Made by a program: the position numbers and the translations under genes. Shown in pieces: positions 8,939 through 16,325 of a stretch of DNA of 32,000 nucleotides. The stretch comes from Candidatus Scalindua sp. (GTDB lineage Bacteria > Planctomycetota > Brocadiia > Brocadiales > Scalinduaceae): the NCBI GenBank assembly GCA_031316235.1, contig JALDRA010000001.1, positions 2,520,001-2,552,000 of the forward strand, written 5' to 3'. The notes under the pieces were generated by a model, which was given only the letters and a program-made list of their open reading frames with translations, was not told the origin of the DNA and ran no database searches. Position 1 is the stretch's first letter, and each line of letters starts with the position of its first letter.

Positions 8939-10279
8939 TCATAATTTAAATTGAAATTGTAATATAAATTTATAGTCAGTGCTTTCATCATTCACGGTAT
9001 CGCTATGTAACCGAACGGCATTAAATTGAACCTTGTAATTGTGTCCGGAGAAGAAATAGTTGACGCCCAGGGTGCCCTCGTCAGTGCTTTCATCTGTCCT
9101 GTCATTATCAAAAAAGATCTGCGAGTATCTCAGCGTGAGTTCTACTTTTTCGGGTTTGACAAAATATCCTCCCTGCACAAACCAGCCCAGGTCTGTTATT
9201 CTCTCCTCCATGAACGATCTTCTTCTCAAATAAAACTCCTCCAGTACCGAAAAACCTCTGTATTTAAACCCCGCCTCCTGTACGAACATGACACTTTCAA
9301 CATTATCAGACGTTACTTTGCCACGTTTTTTGAGATTGAATGATACATCCTCTTTACTGTTAAATGAAGCAGAGCCTGAAATGTGTAATAAAGGTGATTC
9401 CGAAAACTCAACATCGCTTTCGCTGTAACCGAACGGTCCGAAAGGGTTGTAAGAGACTCTCAATATCCCGAGCCACTCGTTATTATCCTGATAATCCCCG
9501 TCAAAGAGGTCATAATAACCTGTATATATACCTAAATTGTACTCCAGCTTTTTATTGAAAAATTCGTCATGGGCCATCACACCAAGCTGCCTGCCGAGGT
9601 TAAATTCACTACTCGCCACTGAAAAATCGACCATCTGAAGCTTTGAATCAGGCGTTAACCACTGCCGGTTCGAGGGAACACGCCCTTGACCCAATCTGAT
9701 TATAGCAAAAGGAATTACCTTTATATCAGTATAATAGTCAATCAATTGGAGGGTGCTGATTTCACTCTGCTTACCTGTGGAGTGAGCGTCTAACTGGAAA
9801 AAGTATGAAAACAGGTCACCCAGGGCGTTACCCTTTAATGCAATTCTTCCACGACGGATAGTGAAAGCGCTGGTATCATCCTGATCCTCAAAATCATCTA
9901 TCTCGTACCGCAATTGAAGACGGACGCTCGCCTTTAATGAGAATCTGTTGTCTGCGGTCTCCAGATAAAGCCCGTTGTTGTAACCTATTCGGAGGTTTTG
10001 GGCTGAAAGGGGTGGCAGGTTTTCCTGTATCTCCTTTCCAGCAGGATTTTCTTTGCCCATTTCCAGAGAAATCCTCTCTCGCTCTTCTTCCTGAAACGGC
10101 AACTGATTATTGTCTATTTCAATTAGCCTTTGTGGAACAGATTCGGTTACTGTGTTCTCGCAAAGATGTAGATACGCTAGATCGGGAACCGAGACTGACT
10201 GTGCAGAGACGGTGTGTATACCACTAAAGAGTGAATAGACAACAAAGAGAAATATGAATATTAGGTTTGGTATACTCAT
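8939..10279 (-). CDS. Outer-membrane phosphate-selective porin O/P family protein
   Basis: Start taken at ATG 10279, which gives a signal peptide MSIPNLIFIFLFVVYSLFSGIHTVSAQ. Alternating beta-strand pattern: FSLKASVRLQLRYE, FTIRRGRIALKGN, GWFVQGGYFV, TLGVNYFFSGHNYKVQFN. The ORF-track start at 10324 adds 15 unlikely residues. Confidence 0.8.
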   Translation of the reverse strand: MSIPNLIFIFLFVVYSLFSGIHTVSAQSVSVPDLAYLHLCENTVTESVPQRLIEIDNNQLPFQEEERERISLEMGKENPAGKEIQENLPPLSAQNLRIGYNNGLYLETADNRFSLKASVRLQLRYEIDDFEDQDDTSAFTIRRGRIALKGNALGDLFSYFFQLDAHSTGKQSEISTLQLIDYYTDIKVIPFAIIRLGQGRVPSNRQWLTPDSKLQMVDFSVASSEFNLGRQLGVMAHDEFFNKKLEYNLGIYTGYYDLFDGDYQDNNEWLGILRVSYNPFGPFGYSESDVEFSESPLLHISGSASFNSKEDVSFNLKKRGKVTSDNVESVMFVQEAGFKYRGFSVLEEFYLRRRSFMEERITDLGWFVQGGYFVKPEKVELTLRYSQIFFDNDRTDESTDEGTLGVNYFFSGHNYKVQFNAVRLHSDTVNDESTDYKFILQFQFKL

Positions 10280-10436
10280 TACATAACTTGTTCTGGAACA
10301 TATCTCAATATGGATACCTCTCATTTCATGAATAGGAAATTCAGTTTTACCAAAATTAATGGCAGCACCCCTTGATCATCCGCCACACAAACGAAGAGAA
10401 AAACTTCTTTATCGCTAAACTGCTGTGTCACCAAAG

Positions 10437-10460
10437 CATCCTGTACTCCTACAGGATGCG
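10437..10460. other. Perfect 10-bp stem / 4-nt loop hairpin (gcatcctgta ctcc tacaggatgc)
   Basis: Read directly from the sequence. Lies in the region upstream of the porin gene. Function unknown. Confidence 0.5.
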
Positions 10461-10858
10461 TGCATAGATGATAGGAAAAAGATTCATGATAACAGAAGAA
10501 ATAGAGTTAAACAATTGCCAAAAAAAAGAAATAGTGAGAAACTACGGTGCTCAAATGAGCATTATTAAAACAGCAGGGATGTATTACACCTCTGCCAGAA
10601 ACTTCCATATTACTAAGAGGCTGTTCAACTTTTGCTATTACGCCCCTGTCATCTGTAGTATTGTCTTTTATTGGAACGATATGCTACAGAAGGGTCTCAT
10701 TGGAAAGATGTACGGAAAACTACAGTTAATGTTGGATTAGCAATTGAAAAAGCAAATCAGGAATTTCTTTATGGAATATCTGGCGATGCCTAATGGAGCA
10801 ATAAGAATAAACTCTCTGATAAACTGCTCATTGATTTGATTGAGCAGTTTTCCCAATA

Positions 10859-10887
10859 TATACTAAAACCGATTTGGTTTTAGTATA
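10859..10887. repeat. T-element copy F (minimal 29-bp form: the two 12-nt termini around 5 nt)
   Basis: Sequence is tatactaaaacc gattt ggttttagtata. It abuts the 5' edge of the HsdM fragment. Confidence 0.85.
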
Positions 10888-10892
10888 CACTC

Positions 10893-11047
10893 CTCGCTCT
10901 GTAGTCCATCTACTTGGTCTGGTATTGGACCCTGAAGAGGGTGAAAGTATCTATGACCCTGCATGCGGTACCGGAGGAATGCTTCTTGAATGTGTTGATC
11001 ATCTGAAAGAGAATAACGAAGATTATCGAACACGTAAACTCTATTGA
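10893..11047 (+). pseudogene. hsdM: Fragment of a type I restriction-modification methyltransferase (HsdM, N6_Mtase family) spanning AdoMet motif I
   Basis: Translation is SVVHLLGLVLDPEEGESIYDPACGTGGMLLECVDHLKENNEDYRTRKLY*. DPACGTGGML is the HsdM AdoMet motif. There is no N-terminal domain, no NPPF motif and no start codon. The frame breaks where homologues continue with GQE. Confidence 0.8.
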
Positions 11048-11116
11048 ATTCCTTGTTGGTATTTGTTAAATTCAACAGTAAACTTTTACATGCTATCAGG
11101 GATCAAGAAAAAATAG

Positions 11117-12805
11117 ATGAGCTACCATCCTGAAAACCCGATGATTGTCCAGAGTGATAAAACCATCCTCCTGGAAGTTGATCACCCGAGGTATGAAGAT
11201 GCCCGTGATGATCTGGCACGGTTCGCCGAACTTGAAAAGAGCCCGGAGCATATTCACACATACCGTATAACGCCTCTTTCGCTCTGGAACGCCGCGTCAT
11301 CAGGTGTCACGAACAACACCATTTTAAAGATATTCAGTAAATTTAGTAAGTATGATGTCCCCCAGAATATCATTGAGGATATCAAAGACAATATCAGCCG
11401 TTACGGCAAACTTAAGCTCATTAAGCGGAATGGTGACTTTCTTATTACCTCTGAAGATCAGTATCTGATTACAGAAATAACGCACAATAAGCACGTCATA
11501 CCCTTGATTAAACAGCAGGTGAATCAACTCGAATTTACTATTGCTCCACTAAATAGAGGACATATCAAACAGGTTCTGATAAAAATCGGTTTCCCTGTGG
11601 AGGATGTTGCCGGTTATGAAGACGGTGACGCAATGACCTTTTCCTTAAGGGACAATCTACTGACGAACAATCTTCCTTTTGCAATGAGGGAATACCAGCG
11701 TGAAGCGGTCGGGGTGTTTTATGCGAATGGGAGCGCAACAGGTGGTAACGGGGTACTTGTGCTTCCATGCGGCGCCGGGAAAACGATTCTTGGAATAGCG
11801 ATAATGGAGAAATATCAGTACCAGACATTGATCCTTGCGACAAATATTACCGCACTGAGGCAGTGGAGAGATGAAATTGTCGACAAGACAAGTCTCTGTA
11901 TAGAAGATATAGGAGAGTACAGCGGTGAAAAAAAGGAGATCAAACCGATCACCATAACCACATATCAGATTATGACATTTCGTAAAAAGCAGGAAGACGG
12001 TTTTCCTCATCTTGCACTATTCAATAAACAGAACTGGGGGTTGATAATATACGATGAAGTACACCTGTTGCCCGCCCCTGTGTTCAGGACTACGGCGGAG
12101 ATTCAGTCCAAGAGACGTTTGGGGCTCACGGCGACATTAGTCAGAGAGGATGGGTTAGAGGATGACGTTTTCAGCTTAATAGGGCCAAAGAAATATGATG
12201 TTCCATGGAAAGTGCTCGAAAAGCAGGGATGGATAGCCGAGGCGCTTTGTACTGAGATACGCATCCCTCTGGCAGAGGAACTGAGGATGAAATACGCCAT
12301 AGCAGAGCTGCGGGAAAAATTCAGGATATCTTCTGAAAACCCTCTGAAAAACACTATGATCATACAATTATTAAAAAGACATGATGGAGACAATGTGCTG
12401 GTCATAGGCCAGTATCTTTCGCAACTCAAGATAATTTCCACTGAGTTAAATGCACCCTTAATTACCGGCAAGACTTCAAACCTGGAACGGGAGAAATTGT
12501 ACAGTGAATTTAAGCATGGAAAGGTTAAGATTCTTGTCGTGTCAAAGGTTGCCAATTTTGCCATAAACCTTCCTGACGCAAATGTTGCAATACAGGTTTC
12601 CGGAACATTCGGATCACGCCAGGAAGAGGCCCAGCGCCTGGGGCGGATCCTTCGTCCAAAGCAAGGGGAAAACAGGGCACACTTCTATTCTCTCATCACA
12701 CGCGACACGAGGGACCAGGATTTTGCCGTAAAGCGTCAGCTATTTCTTACTGAACAGGGTTATCAGTACGAGATACATGATTATGAGGATCTTCTTAAAG
12801 TTTGA
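11117..12805 (+). CDS. xpb: XPB/Ssl2 (ERCC3/Rad25)-type SF2 DNA helicase
   Basis: N-terminal XPB-type module (MIVQSDKTILLEVDHPRYEDA...YRITPLSLWNAASSG). Motif I LPCGAGKT, motif II IYDEVHLL, XPB RED motif in GLTATLVREDG, motif VI QRLGRILRPK. Confidence 0.85.
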   Translation: MSYHPENPMIVQSDKTILLEVDHPRYEDARDDLARFAELEKSPEHIHTYRITPLSLWNAASSGVTNNTILKIFSKFSKYDVPQNIIEDIKDNISRYGKLKLIKRNGDFLITSEDQYLITEITHNKHVIPLIKQQVNQLEFTIAPLNRGHIKQVLIKIGFPVEDVAGYEDGDAMTFSLRDNLLTNNLPFAMREYQREAVGVFYANGSATGGNGVLVLPCGAGKTILGIAIMEKYQYQTLILATNITALRQWRDEIVDKTSLCIEDIGEYSGEKKEIKPITITTYQIMTFRKKQEDGFPHLALFNKQNWGLIIYDEVHLLPAPVFRTTAEIQSKRRLGLTATLVREDGLEDDVFSLIGPKKYDVPWKVLEKQGWIAEALCTEIRIPLAEELRMKYAIAELREKFRISSENPLKNTMIIQLLKRHDGDNVLVIGQYLSQLKIISTELNAPLITGKTSNLEREKLYSEFKHGKVKILVVSKVANFAINLPDANVAIQVSGTFGSRQEEAQRLGRILRPKQGENRAHFYSLITRDTRDQDFAVKRQLFLTEQGYQYEIHDYEDLLKV

Positions 12806-12812
12806 TTAATTA

Positions 12813-12980
12813 AATTCGAAGCACGAAATCAGAAATGCGAAAATATTTTCAAATCACCAAAATTCAAATTTCAAAAACAATAGGATTCAAGTCCACATAA
12901 TATCTTATGTTTTGAACATTAAGAAATTTGAATTTTTGGATTTGTTTCGTATTTCGATATTCTTATTTCGGATTTTAACT
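12813..12980. repeat. AT-rich imperfect palindromic element built from CGAAAT-type short motifs
   Basis: Core arms are 12857-12872 (ccaaaattcaaatttc) and 12923-12939 (gaaatttgaatttttgg), complementary apart from one extra base in the right arm. Weaker complementarity extends outward. It sits in the 265-bp gap between the helicase and its partner. Confidence 0.7.
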
Positions 12981-13070
12981 AATGAATTTCAAAAACTTAT
13001 GAATCGACGACAACATGTTATTCGTTTTGGAGCATTAAGCGCCTACTAGAAACAATAAGGAGCATAAGAG

Positions 13071-14915
13071 ATGTCACGCTATAATTTACCGGATTATTAT
13101 GAAACAGTGGAAGCGGCGTTGATGGAGGGGCACACCGCTCCGGGAGTAAAAAATATCTGCAAATTGCTTACCCCTAAACCACCTGTTCGAAAATCAGACA
13201 TGGTTGCCTCTATCTGTAATGCGCTCAAGGGAGACGGGCTTCATAGTATCTGGACACGCATGGATGATCTTGAGCAGACTGCCGTTTCCGAGATTGTCCA
13301 TTCACCAGATAATAAGCTTGATACCTCCAAGTTTAGCGCTAAATATGGGGGTTTGCCTCATAGTAGCCATGTGAGTGAATATGGTGAACACAAGCCTACC
13401 CTGATTAACCTCCTTGTCATTAATGGCACAATTCCGGAAGAACTAAAAGTGCGTCTGAAGGAGTTTGTTCCTGAACCTCGCTCGTATACAATTGAAACTC
13501 AGGATGATATTTCAGATACTTTCATTCAGGAATCTTACAAATATGATTATAAGAGTAGTGAGAGAGTAGCGGTGGTGAATGAAATCCCAATGATAAAAGT
13601 GGATACACAGATGCTGGCTTTGCATGATGTGCTTTCTGTATTACGCATTATTGATACCGGAAAGATTGGTGTCAGTGATAAAACAAAGAGGCCGACTGAA
13701 TCCGGAGCACGGACTATTGCGTCTATCCTGGAACAGGGAGATTTTTATGACTCTGACAAAAATATCGATAATTCAAAGATAGGGCATATAAAGGCATTTG
13801 CGTGGCCCTTAATTGCACAAAGCGCTAAACTGGCAGAGTTGGCCGGCCGCAAATTACAGTTGACGAAACAGGGACAAAAAGCTTTAAACTCTCCTCCTCA
13901 TGAGATTATTCGGTTGCTGTGGCACAAATGGCTCGGTACTACAATTATAGACGAATTCAATAGAGTTGATGCGATTAAAGGGCAAAATGGCAAGGGAAGG
14001 CGAGGTTTAAGCGCCGTTTCAGAAAGGAGAAGATGCATTGCGGACACCCTTTCGTTATGCCCGGCTGGGAAATGGATCTCGGTTGAAAATCTTTTCAAGT
14101 CAATCAGGGCCTTAGATAATAATTTTATCGTGACTCGTAACGAGTGGAGTCTCTACATCTGCGAACTTCGTTATGGCTCTCTTGGATACGATGGTTCACA
14201 TACCTGGGAGATATTGCAGGGGCGCTATACCCTTGCCTTTCTTTTTGAGTATGCGGCAACAATGGGAATTATTGACGTGGCATATATTCCGCCGTCAATG
14301 GCAAGAGATGACTATAGGGGCCTATGGGGAGCTGACGACCTTGAATTTCTCAGCCGGTATGATGGCCTGCAATACATTCGCATCAACCCCTTGGGCGCAT
14401 GGTGTCTTGGAATTTCAGAGGGTTACACAGCCGCGCCAATAGAAAAAAGGCATGTCTTGAAGGTATTGCCTAACCGGGAGATCACAGAGACAAAATCGCC
14501 GTTTCCGCATTCCGAAACCATTTTCCTGGAAACAATTGCGGATAAGATTTCGGACAGGGTATGGAAACTCAATCCTGACAAAATCCTGATCGCCTATGAA
14601 AAAGGGAAATCAATTGAAGAGGTAAAAGAATTTCTTCTCTCTAAAAGCGAACAGGATTTACCTGATACAGTAGTATCATTTTTTGATGATATGATAAGGA
14701 GAAACAAACTGCTCAGTGATGAAGGGAGTGCGCGCCTTATAAAGGTGTCTGATCCGGTAGTCGCATTGACACTCGCCAGCGACAGCCGCTTAAAAGATCT
14801 CTGTATAGCTGCTGAAGGTGGGTATATTGCGGTGCCTTTGTCAAATGAGGATGCATTTCGGAAGAAACTGAGGAAGATGGGTTACAGTACAAAACCGTTC
14901 CGCACATCACCCTGA
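13071..14915 (+). CDS. Helicase-associated protein (XPB partner; contains a copy of the XPB N-terminal Helicase_C_3-type module at its C-terminus)
   Basis: ATG follows AAGGAG. The C-terminal roughly 110 aa align without gaps to the XPB N-terminal region (LNPDKILIAYEKGKSIEEVKEFLLSKSEQDLPDTVVSFFDDMIRR versus ITPLSLWNAASSGVTNNTILKIFSKFSKYDVPQNIIEDIKDNISR). Both modules end in ...LRKMGY / ...LIKIGF. Confidence 0.75.
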   Translation: MSRYNLPDYYETVEAALMEGHTAPGVKNICKLLTPKPPVRKSDMVASICNALKGDGLHSIWTRMDDLEQTAVSEIVHSPDNKLDTSKFSAKYGGLPHSSHVSEYGEHKPTLINLLVINGTIPEELKVRLKEFVPEPRSYTIETQDDISDTFIQESYKYDYKSSERVAVVNEIPMIKVDTQMLALHDVLSVLRIIDTGKIGVSDKTKRPTESGARTIASILEQGDFYDSDKNIDNSKIGHIKAFAWPLIAQSAKLAELAGRKLQLTKQGQKALNSPPHEIIRLLWHKWLGTTIIDEFNRVDAIKGQNGKGRRGLSAVSERRRCIADTLSLCPAGKWISVENLFKSIRALDNNFIVTRNEWSLYICELRYGSLGYDGSHTWEILQGRYTLAFLFEYAATMGIIDVAYIPPSMARDDYRGLWGADDLEFLSRYDGLQYIRINPLGAWCLGISEGYTAAPIEKRHVLKVLPNREITETKSPFPHSETIFLETIADKISDRVWKLNPDKILIAYEKGKSIEEVKEFLLSKSEQDLPDTVVSFFDDMIRRNKLLSDEGSARLIKVSDPVVALTLASDSRLKDLCIAAEGGYIAVPLSNEDAFRKKLRKMGYSTKPFRTSP

Positions 14916-15598
14916 AAAGCATTGCAAACAATGAACCTCCGGCGACTGAGACGTTATATGACCAACCTTTTATTGATAAGAAAAAGACCCGCGTCACCGG
15001 CCCCTTCACCGTAGAAGCCGTGCCCGTGCCGGTGGTAAAATCATTTGAAGAGTTCCACCCCCTTAGTCCCCCGCCAGCGGGGGATAGCAATGTCCCCCTC
15101 ACGGAGGGGGATTCAGGGGGAGGACTTGACGCCGATACCTCCATTGTCCGAACCGGCGAAACCATACGCCAGAGCGAATGGCGGGATGAATTGCGTAAAA
15201 AACGAAGCAGTAATGAAATTTTCTGGCTGGTGGGTCAGCCTGACATCAAAATTCACAAACTCAAAGAGAGCAAAGTGCAGGTGGAAGTTATGGGCTTTGA
15301 CTACTACAATCCCAAAACAGGTAATGTCGAAAGCGGCGGTAAAAAGAACATTTCCATGTGGATGGTGGACACTGATTATGACAATCGTTTGCTTTTCCCT
15401 TCTCAAGTATTTTTCCCCATGGCCGGTAGTGGTGACGGCCGGGATAAACTCGCCAGGAATTTAAAAGCAGAAATTGACGAAGAGAAGATTGAATCGTTCA
15501 AAGGTACTGTTTCGCTTCCTTTTGAACCGGGAAGCGCTGTTGCGATAAAAATTATTGATGATCGGGGAATTGAAAGTTTACGGGTAATAAACAGGTAA
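14903..15598 (+). pseudogene. C-terminal relic of a large stand-alone DNA methyltransferase (no catalytic domain left)
   Basis: The frame reads HITLKSIANNEPPATETLYDQPFIDKKKTRVTGPFTVEAVPVPVVKS...ETIRQSEWRDEL|RKKRSSNEIFWLVGQPD...GFDYYNPKTGNVESGG...WMVDTDYDNRLLFPSQVFFPMAG...LKAEIDEEKIESFKGTVSLPFE...IIDDRGIESLRVI. I recall this as the conserved C-terminal region of proteins annotated site-specific DNA-methyltransferase. There is no start or RBS, and it begins inside the 3' end of the preceding gene. Confidence 0.7.
15055..15110 (+). repeat. GC-hairpin repeat copy 1 (ccaccccc-N5-tcccccgccagcggggg) plus an adjacent second hairpin ccccctc-acg-gaggggg
   Basis: The core cccccgccagcggggg lies at 15068-15083. 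A perfect 7-bp stem lies at 15094-15110. Both sit inside the methyltransferase relic. Confidence 0.8.
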
Positions 15599-15622
15599 CC
15601 CTATGTCCGCTCCTGGTCAGGG

Positions 15623-15758
15623 TATACTCATCTCATACTGGATTTCGGATACAATCCGAGATAAAATTGAGCGAGTAAAGTTCTCGGCGCCTGGTCCGGG
15701 GATAACTGCCCGCCTGAACGACATGTCGGGCAGGCAACCAAGATTTGGTTTTAGTATA
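15623..15758 (-). repeat. T-element copy B (long form, variant central segment)
   Basis: Starts tatactcatctcatactggatttcggatacaatccgagataaaattgagcgagta and ends caaccaagatttggttttagtata. The central part carries a ctgcccg...cgggcag hairpin instead of the aaaccagatctggttt hairpins. Confidence 0.85.
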
Positions 15759-15816
15759 TCCGTTATGCAGACCTGTGTCTCACCTGTGACCAAGGGTATC
15801 AGCCATGCACTTAATA

Positions 15817-15853
15817 TCCCCCGCTGGCGGGGGTGTCCGCAGGACGGGGGTGG
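15817..15853 (-). repeat. GC-hairpin repeat copy 2 (inverted orientation), immediately upstream of the DUF559 gene
   Basis: Sequence is tcccccgctggcggggg tgtccgcaggac gggggtgg. It is the reverse complement of the 16250-16279 copy apart from the spacer. Confidence 0.8.
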
Positions 15854-15864
15854 AAAAAAGAAGA

Positions 15865-16308
15865 ATGAAAGCAGATAAATCCAACAACTACGCATACAAC
15901 CACAAATTACAGCCTTTTGCCAATGCGCTTCGCAAGCACATGACCAAGTCTGAAGCGTGTATCTGGAAGTATGCCTTAAAGGCCAGGAAGATGAAAGGCT
16001 ACCAATTCCGCAGACAGAGGCCTGTGTTGAATTATATTGCTGACTTTATGTGTAAGGAATTGAAATTGATCATTGAATTGGATGGAATCACACACCAATG
16101 GGAGGAGACATCTGTAAAGGATGAAAAAAAGGCGAAAGATCTGGAATCCGCAGGTTTTCTCGTGATACGTTTTTCTGACAATGAGGTATTAAATAATATG
16201 GAGGGCGTTATCTGGCGGATTGAAAAAGTGATAGAAGATCTAGAAAGATCCACCCCCTTCATCCCCCGCCAGCGGGGGAGACAACGTGGCACAAGCGGAA
16301 AGAATTAA
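15865..16308 (+). CDS. DUF559 endonuclease-domain protein (Vsr/restriction-endonuclease-like fold)
   Basis: ATG 15865 follows GGTGGAAAAAAGAAG. Characteristic family motifs: LRKHMTKSEACIWKYAL, GYQFRRQRPVLNYIADFMC, LIIELDG and GFLVIRFSDNEV. The ORF-track start at 15805 lies inside the repeat and is unlikely. Confidence 0.85.
   Translation: MKADKSNNYAYNHKLQPFANALRKHMTKSEACIWKYALKARKMKGYQFRRQRPVLNYIADFMCKELKLIIELDGITHQWEETSVKDEKKAKDLESAGFLVIRFSDNEVLNNMEGVIWRIEKVIEDLERSTPFIPRQRGRQRGTSGKN
16250..16279 (+). repeat. GC-hairpin repeat copy 3, inside the 3' end of the DUF559 CDS
   Basis: Sequence is ccaccccc ttcat cccccgccagcggggg a. It encodes the tail STPFIPRQRG. Confidence 0.8.
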
Positions 16309-16325
16309 GGGAGAGGAGGTTATAA

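Noticed and set aside
10468-10740. 90-aa ORF (MIGKRFMITEEIELNNCQKK...)
   Set aside because: It has no RBS, no recognisable motif and an odd composition. I could not support it as coding, so it is left unannotated.
10741-10858. Possible HsdM N-terminal coding sequence upstream of the 29-bp repeat (the LIDLIEQFS-like translation)
   Set aside because: The frame is closed by a TAA only about 20 codons upstream. The stretch coincides with a 10-bp-stem hairpin (aaactgctca...tgagcagttt). There is no convincing HsdM similarity.
10863-11075. 70-aa minus-strand ORF
   Set aside because: It is a shadow ORF antisense to the HsdM fragment, whose plus-strand translation carries the diagnostic DPACGTGGML motif.
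14888-14900. gtacaaaaccg at the partner-gene / methylase-relic junction resembling the T-element terminus tatactaaaaccg
   Set aside because: The match is short and needs a 1-nt gap. It could be chance and is not used as evidence.
14737-15165. 142-aa minus-strand ORF and the 15045..15464 / 15113..15406 ORFs
   Set aside because: They overlap the methyltransferase relic. They are kept open partly by the GC-rich hairpin repeats (proline/glycine-rich translations). No independent support.
10893-15598. Idea that the HsdM fragment and the methyltransferase C-terminal relic are two halves of one gene split by insertion of the XPB pair
   Set aside because: The N-terminal piece looks like the type I HsdM class, while the C-terminal piece recalls a different, large stand-alone methylase class. 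I cannot align them to a common full-length homologue without a database search, so this is not claimed.
15603-15895. ORFs 15603..15878 (+) and 15617..15895 (-)
   Set aside because: Both are made of T-element copy B plus the GC-hairpin repeat, so they are repeat-derived reading frames.
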